Shown: piece by piece, positions 39,192 through 48,222 of the stretch
Position numbering within the stretch: position 1 is the first letter of the stretch
How the letters are laid out: each line of letters starts with the position of its first letter
Assembly: GCA_964411505.1 (NCBI GenBank)
Contig: CAYPLH010000011.1
Span: 11,929 to 75,928 of the forward strand
DNA: 64,000 bases
From: an uncultured Clostridiaceae bacterium
GTDB lineage: Bacteria; Bacillota; Clostridia; CAYPLH01; DUMO01
Reading direction: 5' to 3'
The notes under the pieces: model-generated
Database searches by the model: none
What the model was told of the DNA's origin: nothing
The model's input: only the letters and a program-made list of their open reading frames with translations
Program-made: the position numbers and the translations under genes

Positions 39192-39503
39192 GTGGATGAT
39201 AAAACCTTTGAATTGATGGAAAAGATGTATAATGAATTTGGTATCTTTAAAAAAGATATGACTGAATTTCGAAATGAAACCAATAAAAGATTTGACACAA
39301 TTGATGGGCATATTATGCGGATTGAGAATGAGCACGGTAAAAAGCTTGATGCACTTTTTGATGGTTACAGACAAACCTATGAAAAACTACAAGAGCATGA
39401 CAAAAGATTTGATGATGTTGAAACCAAGCTGGACAACCTCTCTATACAGGTAAACGGTCACGAATCTAAGCTTAAGGTTTTAGGAGGCGGCAGAAATAAA
39501 TAG
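39192..39503 (+). CDS. small coiled-coil protein, paralog B (103 aa)
   Basis: Same RBS and GTG context as paralog A. The longer track ORF from 39072 would read through the promoter module and is rejected. Confidence 0.65.
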   Translation: MDDKTFELMEKMYNEFGIFKKDMTEFRNETNKRFDTIDGHIMRIENEHGKKLDALFDGYRQTYEKLQEHDKRFDDVETKLDNLSIQVNGHESKLKVLGGGRNK

Positions 39504-39779
39504 AGCTATAGTTTAAATACATATTTTCATTTCACCCTACTTTACTCGTTAACCATCATCCTTTGAAATACGGGTTTTCATATAAATTGTAACCATAATA
39601 ATGACTTCCTTTCGTGAACTTTCGCAATATTGTTGGTGGTAATACAATTATTTACAAAAAATTAGGGGGTCATTGTTTTATCGAAAAAAATATAGTGCAT
39701 CCCTTGATAACACAAGGTTTAACAAAAAAATAGGGGTGTAAAACTTTACACTACCAATGATGAAAAGAGGCTATTCAAA

Positions 39780-42700
39780 ATGAAAAAGAAAGTCTTGTCC
39801 CTAATGTTGGTTATTATTCTTACCCTCACGCTTATTCCCACAATGACATTAGCCACATCCCCCAAAACGCAGGGGAATACAGTTGGAAATATTCATAATA
39901 GTGGGTATGCTGCGATTCAAGGTGAATGGATTTACTATGTTGATAACTCGCGGCGCATTCCCGGTTTATTTAGCACGGATTTTTACAAAATGCGGACTGA
40001 TGGCACAGAAATAACAAAACTTGATCAAAGATTGACTGTCAGCAGTAACATTAATATAGTCGGGGATTATGTTTATTACAGAGGCTGGGGAGGATATGTC
40101 TATAAAGCTCAGCACGATGTAAGAGAAGCAACAAGGCTGACAGAGTATTCGGTTCAGAATATTCAAGTTGTAAATAATTGGATATATTTTTCTAAGCGGG
40201 AAATAGGTGGTTGTGCCGAACATAACCTTTATAGAATTCGTACTGACGGTACTGGCGAGCAAATGTTGACTGATAGTGACGATGACAAACGTATGCATGT
40301 CAACATCGTAGGAGACTGGATATATTACAGCAACGTAAGCGATGGTCACAAGCTTTACAAGGTTCGTATTGACGGCACAGAGAAAACAAAATTAAATAAT
40401 GAATGTAGTTGGTATATCAATGTTATCGGAGATTGGATTTATTATAGTGATTGGGACGATGTAAGGAATTTATATAAAATCCGTACCGATGGTACAAATA
40501 AAACAAAGTTAAATAACATTCATAGTGGGAGCATCAATGTTGCGGGTGAATGGATTTATTATGTAGCACCTCCAGACCTTGTTTCTAGTTATGGGGCTCT
40601 TCAGAGGATGCGTACCGACGGAACGGGAGTAACAAACATTTTAGAAAGCGCTGGTTCCTTCAGCATCGTTGGTGAATGGATTTATTATTATGGGATTAAA
40701 GATGGACAAGATGGTCAACATTGGCTGCGTCTTAATGAGACTACGATTCCAACAACCCCAACAGTTCCGACTCCACAACATCCAGTCGACAACAGCACAA
40801 TGCCGGACAAAGTAAAGACTTTCTACAAAGACAACAACAATAAAACGCAATCTATCTTAACTTATCCTCTGGATTGGCTTGTTGCAAATAAATCATCAAC
40901 TGTAAATGACCCTGAACTCGCAAAATTGGCGATAGCATTTTCGTGTGCAGCGTATGATAACGATTTGAATAGTATTCTTGATTCATTTGAAAGTCACGGT
41001 TTCTACTGGAGTGATGTGAAGCCTTATTACGGACAGGTAAAATGGTCTTTCAATAATCCTGCTTTTACTTTGGCAAAGAAAACAGACAAGGACGGTAACA
41101 TCATAGTTGCTGTAGTAATTAGAGGTTCTAATAGATTAGAAGACTGGATAACTGATTTTAATGTGGGGACAGATGATACTCATAAGGGATTTCGCCTTTC
41201 AACAAGATCAGTCTATGAATCGCTTAAGGGGTTTCTTGGCAGTATCCCCACAGAGGGTAAAATAAAATATTTCATCACTGGTCACAGTTTTGGAGCTGCT
41301 GTGGCAAATTTGCTCGCAGTTGATTTGATGGTCGCTGGTGTTCAAAAGAGCAATGTATTTACTTATACTTTTGCAACTCCTAATGTTGCAAAAAAGCAAG
41401 GTTATTCCGTGTGGAGTCCAAACGGCAAATATGACAATATCATCAATATATGCAATACTGCGGATACTGTCACGGAGCTTCCGCAGAATATAAAAATGAG
41501 CGATATAAAAAACGATATATGGTGGGGAAAACATGGCAGTACAGCTTGGTTCACGGCAGTACCTAGCTCGAAAAAAATATCCGCTCCCCATGATAAGTAT
41601 CTTTATCTTCGTCATATAGCACCAGAAGCGACCGGAAATTTCGGAGACGCCAGTAGCGGGAGCATAACCTCTGCATTGATTAATTTCAATGCGACGGGAA
41701 TTTTGTGTCCTGTTGATGTTGATGTTTTTAACAGCAGTGGAGTGCTTAGCGCACAATTCATTAATAATCAACCTCATTTTCTAAATGGCGGCGAAAACAA
41801 CTTGATCCTTTATACGATTGATGATGAAAAATACATCCTATCAAGAGACGACAGTAATTATACACATAATCTCACAGCTACTAACTCCGGTACAATGGAT
41901 TATATCGTGCAAGATTACAGCCCTCTGCCTATTGGAAATACTTTCATAAAGTCTTTTGAGAATGTTCCTTTGACGGTAGGAAAGCAAATGACAAGCAATA
42001 TTGGTGGTACAGTTGAACCGTCAGGAGTCCGGTTTTACGTTACCGATGCAAATGGAAAAACAATCAGTGAGATTGAGGGCAAAGCGACTATTTCGGATAG
42101 ATATGCTGTCAGTGAATGGGCGCGTGATGGCATTAAAGACGCGATAGAAAAAGGCTTTGTTCCTTCAGATTTGAGAAGCAATTACAAGAACATAGTCACT
42201 CGTCAAGAGTTTTGCCGTATGGCTGTCAAATGGGTTGAATACAAAGCCGGAAAAAACATTGAATTGGTTATGCAGGAAAAGGGAGTGTCTCGTAACCCAA
42301 ACGCTTTTTCAGATACGAATGACCCGGATATTTTAGCAGCTTTTGCCCTTGGTATAACAAACGGTACAGGAAGTAATCAATTTACACCAAACGGTCAATT
42401 TACCCGTGAACAAGCGGCGACAATGATTAGGAATACCTGTAAGGTTGCGGGCATGGATATAAGCAATGTTACGCCTGCGGGTTTTGCGGATATTGGAAAT
42501 GCTTCAAGCTGGGCAGTAGATGGCATAAATTTTGTTCGCAACGCTGAAATTATGCAAGGTACAGGTAACAATAATTTCAGCCCGCTAATAACCTATACGA
42601 TAGAGCAAAGCATAATAACATTTAACAATATTTCATTTATTGGCGAAGCTGATTTGATTGCATTTGCGAACGAAGTATTTATGTTGACAAATATAGAACG

Positions 42701-43037
42701 TGAAAAAGCGGGATTATCAATGTTTGGGCAAGCATCGGCATTGACGAAAACGGCAGTAGTGCGCGCTAATGAATTGGTTATCAAATATTTAGCATCACAC
42801 AATAGACCAGATGGACGCGAGTTCCATACAGCGTATGATGAAAATGGCGTCATATACAAATTGGCAGGAGAAAACATTGCTATGGGGCAACGAACGCCTA
42901 AGGAAGTGGTAGATGGTTGGATGAACTCCCCCGGACATCGGGCAAATATCCTAAATCCAAAATTTGGGCGCCTTGGAGTTGGAGTGGCGATAGATGAAAA
43001 TGGGGTTCTGTATTGGTCGCAGAATTTCATGGATTGA
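39780..43037 (+). CDS. secreted mosaic cell-surface protein: DUF5050-like beta-propeller repeats, class-3 lipase domain, three SLH domains, C-terminal CAP/SCP (YkwD-like) domain
   Basis: Signal peptide. Repeated (Y)K/RxRTDGTxxTKL...I(V)GDWIYY units. GHSFGAA nucleophile elbow. SLH-like FSDTNDP...FTREQAATMI and FADIGNASSWA.... CAP motif GENIAMGQ...WMNSPGHRANIL. Confidence 0.85.
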   Translation: MKKKVLSLMLVIILTLTLIPTMTLATSPKTQGNTVGNIHNSGYAAIQGEWIYYVDNSRRIPGLFSTDFYKMRTDGTEITKLDQRLTVSSNINIVGDYVYYRGWGGYVYKAQHDVREATRLTEYSVQNIQVVNNWIYFSKREIGGCAEHNLYRIRTDGTGEQMLTDSDDDKRMHVNIVGDWIYYSNVSDGHKLYKVRIDGTEKTKLNNECSWYINVIGDWIYYSDWDDVRNLYKIRTDGTNKTKLNNIHSGSINVAGEWIYYVAPPDLVSSYGALQRMRTDGTGVTNILESAGSFSIVGEWIYYYGIKDGQDGQHWLRLNETTIPTTPTVPTPQHPVDNSTMPDKVKTFYKDNNNKTQSILTYPLDWLVANKSSTVNDPELAKLAIAFSCAAYDNDLNSILDSFESHGFYWSDVKPYYGQVKWSFNNPAFTLAKKTDKDGNIIVAVVIRGSNRLEDWITDFNVGTDDTHKGFRLSTRSVYESLKGFLGSIPTEGKIKYFITGHSFGAAVANLLAVDLMVAGVQKSNVFTYTFATPNVAKKQGYSVWSPNGKYDNIINICNTADTVTELPQNIKMSDIKNDIWWGKHGSTAWFTAVPSSKKISAPHDKYLYLRHIAPEATGNFGDASSGSITSALINFNATGILCPVDVDVFNSSGVLSAQFINNQPHFLNGGENNLILYTIDDEKYILSRDDSNYTHNLTATNSGTMDYIVQDYSPLPIGNTFIKSFENVPLTVGKQMTSNIGGTVEPSGVRFYVTDANGKTISEIEGKATISDRYAVSEWARDGIKDAIEKGFVPSDLRSNYKNIVTRQEFCRMAVKWVEYKAGKNIELVMQEKGVSRNPNAFSDTNDPDILAAFALGITNGTGSNQFTPNGQFTREQAATMIRNTCKVAGMDISNVTPAGFADIGNASSWAVDGINFVRNAEIMQGTGNNNFSPLITYTIEQSIITFNNISFIGEADLIAFANEVFMLTNIEREKAGLSMFGQASALTKTAVVRANELVIKYLASHNRPDGREFHTAYDENGVIYKLAGENIAMGQRTPKEVVDGWMNSPGHRANILNPKFGRLGVGVAIDENGVLYWSQNFMD

Positions 43038-43130
43038 GAAAATGAATATCCATTGTAATTTACATAAAGTAACAAATACTAATGTCCATCATATAATATA
43101 TCAAATAAGTTTTTAGGGGGCTTTGACAAA

Positions 43131-43265
43131 ATGAACTACAAAGAATTAGTCGATTACATCAGAAAAAACCCTGATGCTTTTAAAAAGGCTGATGACCGCA
43201 AAGTAGACTTTGAACACAAATGCGAGCAATGGCTAAAAGCTCGGGAAATCAGCACGAAAAAATAG
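43131..43265 (+). CDS. possible small protein (44 aa)
   Basis: ATG about 10 nt after AGGGGG (MNYKELVDYIRKNPDAFKKADDRKVDFEHKCEQWLKAREISTKK). It is below the track length cut-off and has no family. Confidence 0.3.
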   Translation: MNYKELVDYIRKNPDAFKKADDRKVDFEHKCEQWLKAREISTKK

Positions 43266-43372
43266 GCATATAGAATATGTCTATTTTGCAGTGTGTCTTT
43301 TAAGGTGTAAAGAGCTTAGAACGATTTAAAGGCACATTGTATTTAATTATTATGTTTTAAAAATAATTACCC

Positions 43373-43522
43373 AAAAAAGTGGGCTTTGCCACTTTTTTTC
43401 GCTAGGGAACCTTATGGTTCCCTTCGACGGATGCTCCGCATCCTGAGCACCCTCCTTAAAGCAGCAAAGGGGCTTCCCCTTTGCAATCCCCATTGTCTAG
43501 GAAAGTATACTTTCCTAGACAA
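43373..43522. repeat. five-hairpin modular intergenic repeat, full copy 2 (inverted relative to 763-913)
   Basis: AAAAAAGTGGGCTTTGCCACTTTTTTT..GGGAACCTTATGGTTCCC..GGATGCTCCGCATCC..GCAAAGGGGCTTCCCCTTTGC..GTCTAGGAAAGTATACTTTCCTAGAC. Confidence 0.8.
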
Positions 43523-43631
43523 CAATAAAATAAGGTGAAGGTTTAACTTCACCTTATTTTTATGATAGAATTGAGTAGTGTATAGATTACTAGATAGTTT
43601 ACTCACAATAACATTAGAATTGAGGTATATT

Positions 43632-45278
43632 ATGAACAAACCTACAGACAAAATCTTTATAAACGGGCAAATCCACTCCATGGATAATAGAAAAAATATA
43701 TATCAGGCGATTGCTATATCAGGCGAAAGAATATCAGCCCTTGGTACAAATGCTGAAATTTTAAAATTAAAAAAAGATAGCACAATTGTATATGATCTCA
43801 AAGGGAAAACAACGATACCTGGAATTATTGATACGCATTCACATCTTTTTCGGGTTGCAGTAAGTGAACTTAAAGAAGAAGTATTTATGCCTACTTCAGT
43901 TAAAGAATTGACTGATTTTATTAAAGAAGCTGTAAAGTCATTGCCCAAAGGTGAATGGCTATATTTTAGGAATATTTACCCCACACGGCTTAAAGAATAC
44001 AGATTTCCTACCCTATCCGAACTAGATGAGGCTGCACCAAACAATCCAGTTTACGCTGATGGAGCTTATGCGGGACAGGCAAACAGCTATGCTTTGCGCC
44101 TTTTAGGAATAGAAGAAAGTACACCTAATCCTAAAATAGGGAGGTTTATCAGAGATAAATCAGGAAAGCTCACAGGAGGATTATTTTTGTGCAGCGATAT
44201 GGTTAGAAAACTATTAAAACCCGATACATTCAGCGTAGAAGATTATAAAAAAGGTATTTTAAACCTACAGCATAAATACAACCAACTTGGAATAACTTCG
44301 GTCGTCGACGGAGGGACTGATGAATATCCAATCAAGGCATTTAATGATCTCTACACAGAGGGGAAGCTGACGGTTAGAGCTGTATTTACATGCAATTCTC
44401 CATCAATTGAGTTAGGCTCAAGTAAGCTTACAAAACTTAGGAATGCAATTTCAACTCCCGAAGAATGGGGTAAGTTATCATTCTATAAAATACCACTTGA
44501 TGGCGGAATTCTCACCGGAACAGCTTACATGCGCACCCCTTATATAGACCGGTCAGGTGTATTTGGTATTGATATTGATAATTTTAGAGGGATAATACGT
44601 AAAAGCGCCGAAGAAATAGTTGAGTACATTGATGCTGCATATAATAACAATCTGCAAATGACTGCTCACTGTATCGGGAGCGGAGCAATAGACGTTTTTC
44701 TGGATGCATATGAGATTTACCAAAAAAAGAACAACATAAAAGATAAACGATTCTCTATAATTCACTGTGATTTTACAGACAGTAATACACTTAAAAGAAT
44801 TAAGGAACTGGGGCTTTTTATACTTTTTCAGCCTGCATGGCATTACTGCGATGGAGATATCTTAACACAGGTGCTTGATAACGATGCCATTAATACATTC
44901 CAACCCTATAAACAGTATATTGAATCGGGCGTAGATGCTGCTGCAGGGAGTGACCATATGGTTAAATATGACTCTGTGCTTTCTCAGAATCCCTACAACC
45001 CCTATCTGTCACTGTATAACATGGTGACGAGAAAAACACGTGCTGGTGTTGCTATCGGTACAGAGCATTGTGTATCAAGGGATGAAGCCCTATCATTTTA
45101 TACATCAAAAGCTGCTGCTGCATCCTTTGATGAAGATTTCAAGGGTACACTCGAAGTAGGTAAAGCTGCTGACTTTGCGGTTCTTTCTAATGATTATTTC
45201 ACCTGTGCTGAAGATGAAATAAAGAAAATCACATCTGACCTTACTGTAGTAGGTGGCAAAATTGCCTACTGCAAATAA
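43632..45278 (+). CDS. amidohydrolase family protein (Amidohydro_3 type)
   Basis: Metal-binding motif IIDTHSHLF near the N-terminus, with the late HC..../GSDH motifs. ATG 43632 follows GAGG. Confidence 0.85.
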   Translation: MNKPTDKIFINGQIHSMDNRKNIYQAIAISGERISALGTNAEILKLKKDSTIVYDLKGKTTIPGIIDTHSHLFRVAVSELKEEVFMPTSVKELTDFIKEAVKSLPKGEWLYFRNIYPTRLKEYRFPTLSELDEAAPNNPVYADGAYAGQANSYALRLLGIEESTPNPKIGRFIRDKSGKLTGGLFLCSDMVRKLLKPDTFSVEDYKKGILNLQHKYNQLGITSVVDGGTDEYPIKAFNDLYTEGKLTVRAVFTCNSPSIELGSSKLTKLRNAISTPEEWGKLSFYKIPLDGGILTGTAYMRTPYIDRSGVFGIDIDNFRGIIRKSAEEIVEYIDAAYNNNLQMTAHCIGSGAIDVFLDAYEIYQKKNNIKDKRFSIIHCDFTDSNTLKRIKELGLFILFQPAWHYCDGDILTQVLDNDAINTFQPYKQYIESGVDAAAGSDHMVKYDSVLSQNPYNPYLSLYNMVTRKTRAGVAIGTEHCVSRDEALSFYTSKAAAASFDEDFKGTLEVGKAADFAVLSNDYFTCAEDEIKKITSDLTVVGGKIAYCK

Positions 45279-45393
45279 ACAGCTTTGAACGCTTTTAGTC
45301 GACTCTTTTCGGGCTAGGACATTAAGATTTCTCTCCAGCAAGACGAAAAAGGGACTTTCCTGGAGATCGCCACATTTAAAATAGCTTTGGGAA

Positions 45394-45422
45394 AAGCCCT
45401 CTATTTAGCAATAGAGGGCTTT
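45394..45422 (+). terminator. hairpin terminator candidate downstream of the amidohydrolase gene
   Basis: AAGCCCTCTATT-TAGC-AATAGAGGGCTT followed by a T-rich tract. Confidence 0.5.
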
Positions 45423-45814
45423 ATATTAAAGGGCTTATGCAACAAGGATATTACTTTTACAAATAGTGAATAGAGCACTTTTTGATATCTATGAACAATT
45501 AACTTTAACTGCGAGTTATAATTTAATGTCATAACACCTACAGCATTTTAGCCCTGTAATCATATTATTGTCTGTATCTTTATTTTCATGTCAGTTAATA
45601 TTTTCAATTTTCAATCAAACTACGTCCTAAAAAGCATAACATATAGTGGAAATGCCAAGGCAGTGATTGATACTAACAATATCATTATTCCACCTAGTCT
45701 GTTTTTTCTTTTCCATGTCCATACACCATAACTTCCACAATAAATACATATCCACAAAAGAATAATACTAGCAAAGAACCTGTCGTACGTGATAGCTTTA
45801 TACCTCTACTTTCA

Positions 45815-47101
45815 TTAAGATTCATAAGGAGAAGTCTTTATAATTAGACCTGGTCTTCGTATCTTAAGGTCAACAACGAGATCAAAATCTGCATTGGGGT
45901 ACTTTTTTTTCCAGTCAAATTCAGTCCATTTGTCCAATGTCATGAACTTCCCCTTAATTTTCTTTCCAAATCCTACAATGTCCACCCTATAATCTTTGGA
46001 AATTTTTTGCAGTAACATCATCATATCTTTTTCCAAAAACTCTTCGGTTGATATTTCTAGCTTATGCATTTTAGAAGCATGCTCATAATTTATGCCACTT
46101 TGAATTGATAGGATATCAGCTTCAAGAAAAATCCTAGCGTTAATTATTGGGGTATCTCCCATCATTTTTACACTATGTCTTGGGGGGCGGCTTTGCTTAA
46201 CATTCAGCAAAATAAAACTACCTTCACTTTCAGGATCGGGAACAGTTAAATATGAGTAATTATATTCTCCTGTTAGCATAAGATGATACCTAGTTTCCTG
46301 ACCATCAAGCTCTCCAACCATTTTTGCGCCATTAAAAACTGCTAGTCCCATCATACTTGTTTTATTCTTATACTCTTTTGGTATATTTCCTGCTGTAAAG
46401 TCACCTTCAAGGTAGTTCTCCCTTTCTTTTTCCATAAACGTGGAATATTCAATGCTATAGGCATTCAATGACCCTATTTTATCTACACCCACTAGTGTAG
46501 CAACGGGACTAGAGCATGAGCATTTTGCTTGGCTGTAAAAATTGAAGAAATGCGTATTTGCATTAAATGATGTGTATAAATAACTGTAAAAAGTCTCCTC
46601 GTAAAATTTTGATGGGTTTACGTCTAGAACATAGTTAATCTTTCTAATATAATCCTCTGCTGAATCGGTTGAAACGCCAATAAACATAGTATTTCTAAAT
46701 TCTCTTCCCCTGTAAAATGCATTAATGTATTCACTTATACCTTCTTTTGCTAGCTCACTCGAAAAAATTAGAGCTTTTGTGTGTGAAAAGTTTAATCTCT
46801 TACTTATATAAGTGTTTACCATATTGAATCCCGAATAAATAGCCGGGGTTTCAACTGTTGTTGTTGTTACTGATTTTGGTCCTTCTCCTTCTCCGTTTTC
46901 CTCTTCACTCCCTAAACTGCTTTTCCCAGAAGCTGAGGGCACAGCAATCTGTAATGTCATTCTCAGAAAGTTGGTTTTTCCTTTATCCAAGCCAATTGCC
47001 ATAACATAAGCCTGATCATCAATTTCAATCCTATCATAGCAGCCTGAAAATAATATATTACTTATTAGCGCAATCAAAAATAGAATAGTAGTTTTCTTCA
47101 A
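45815..47101 (-). CDS. spore germinant receptor subunit C (Ger(x)C lipoprotein)
   Basis: Lipobox LFSGC followed by the conserved GerC start (DRIEIDDQAYVMAIGLDKG). Third gene of the A-B-C operon. Confidence 0.85.
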   Translation of the reverse strand: MKKTTILFLIALISNILFSGCYDRIEIDDQAYVMAIGLDKGKTNFLRMTLQIAVPSASGKSSLGSEEENGEGEGPKSVTTTTVETPAIYSGFNMVNTYISKRLNFSHTKALIFSSELAKEGISEYINAFYRGREFRNTMFIGVSTDSAEDYIRKINYVLDVNPSKFYEETFYSYLYTSFNANTHFFNFYSQAKCSCSSPVATLVGVDKIGSLNAYSIEYSTFMEKERENYLEGDFTAGNIPKEYKNKTSMMGLAVFNGAKMVGELDGQETRYHLMLTGEYNYSYLTVPDPESEGSFILLNVKQSRPPRHSVKMMGDTPIINARIFLEADILSIQSGINYEHASKMHKLEISTEEFLEKDMMMLLQKISKDYRVDIVGFGKKIKGKFMTLDKWTEFDWKKKYPNADFDLVVDLKIRRPGLIIKTSPYES

Positions 47102-47103
47102 AA

Positions 47104-48213
47104 TTAGTGTGCCTCCCCTTTTTTCTTTGTTTTTTTTAAACCTGCTAGAACAAAAAGAAGGATTGCAAACCCAAAGCTAATTATGAAACCCCATTTTCTC
47201 AAATAGCCCGTGTCCAGTTCTATTACTGACATCAGGTTAGGGGGCATAAGGCTCAGAGTAAAAATAATAACAGCAAACGGTAGAATTAAAGGTTTATAGT
47301 GATCAAGTTTAAATGTTTTTTTGAACGACTGAAGCAGAACGTTAAATCCTAAGCTTAAATATAGCATGGCTGCAACTGCCCATATCAACAAAAAAACAGA
47401 TTCTCCCCTTTGAAAAAAACTCCCATAGTCAACTAAACGAGCAAGCTGATATATCGGCAGGAAACTCTCAGTAGCATGCGGATATGCAAAGACCAAAAGA
47501 TATACCAGAGATGATATTGTAAGAAATACTGATGAAATAACAATTCCGATATAAGTGGATTTTTTAAAATTGTTAAACTTTTTAAGATTAGGAGTCAGCA
47601 TAAAAACAATCAACAACTCTGAAAATATTGATATTCTAGTAATTCCATTAATGAAAATTTGCTTAAATCCTAAGCCAAACAACGGCATGATCTTTGATAA
47701 GTCATAATATCGTCCAACCCCAAGCATTATAATAATGTATCCCAAAGATATAATCGGAACTGCTATTGCATTCATTCTTACTAATGCTTCAAGTCCGACA
47801 TAGGCTGATATTATCATTGCTGCTAAAAAGAACAGGGACACAAAACTAATGGGAGATATACTTAAGCTTATTATTTTCATGTCTTCACTGAACTCTCTTA
47901 AGATTACAGAATTAACATATATGGTAAAGCCAATAATTATCAATCCGACAAAAATCCTCCCTGCAGCTCCTCCAATATGCTCTCCTAGATCAATAAGATC
48001 TTTTCCATAATGCTTTTTGTACAGCCTGAGCATAAACCAAAATACTGTAATTGTAATCAAGGATACATAAATTGAAAGTATCCATCCAGCCTGACCAGCA
48101 CTCTCAGCCATTAACCTTGGAAAACTCAAAAATATTTTGGTACATAAAATCAGAATAACCAATGCTGCCATCTCCCAGTTACCTATATTCATCTCTGCTT
48201 CTTTTTTATTCAT
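47104..48213 (-). CDS. spore germinant receptor subunit B (GerAB/APC-type permease)
   Basis: ~10-TM protein of GerxB length, positioned between the A and C subunits. Confidence 0.85.
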   Translation of the reverse strand: MNKKEAEMNIGNWEMAALVILILCTKIFLSFPRLMAESAGQAGWILSIYVSLITITVFWFMLRLYKKHYGKDLIDLGEHIGGAAGRIFVGLIIIGFTIYVNSVILREFSEDMKIISLSISPISFVSLFFLAAMIISAYVGLEALVRMNAIAVPIISLGYIIIMLGVGRYYDLSKIMPLFGLGFKQIFINGITRISIFSELLIVFMLTPNLKKFNNFKKSTYIGIVISSVFLTISSLVYLLVFAYPHATESFLPIYQLARLVDYGSFFQRGESVFLLIWAVAAMLYLSLGFNVLLQSFKKTFKLDHYKPLILPFAVIIFTLSLMPPNLMSVIELDTGYLRKWGFIISFGFAILLFVLAGLKKTKKKGEAH

Positions 48214-48222
48214 CTATTACCC

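Noticed and set aside
763-43522. The two inverted full copies of the five-hairpin repeat as ends of a 42-kb invertible segment or composite transposon.
   Set aside because: The interval is filled with core genes (htpG, ilvE, degSU, deoB, proC and others). Partial copies occur elsewhere, and no recombinase is associated. Repeat dispersal is the simpler explanation.
43412-43681. 89-aa minus-strand ORF, and similar short ORFs over 780-900.
   Set aside because: They are composed of translated hairpin-repeat sequence (…GLQRGSPFAALRRVLRMRSIRRREP), have no RBS, and overlap the amidohydrolase start region.
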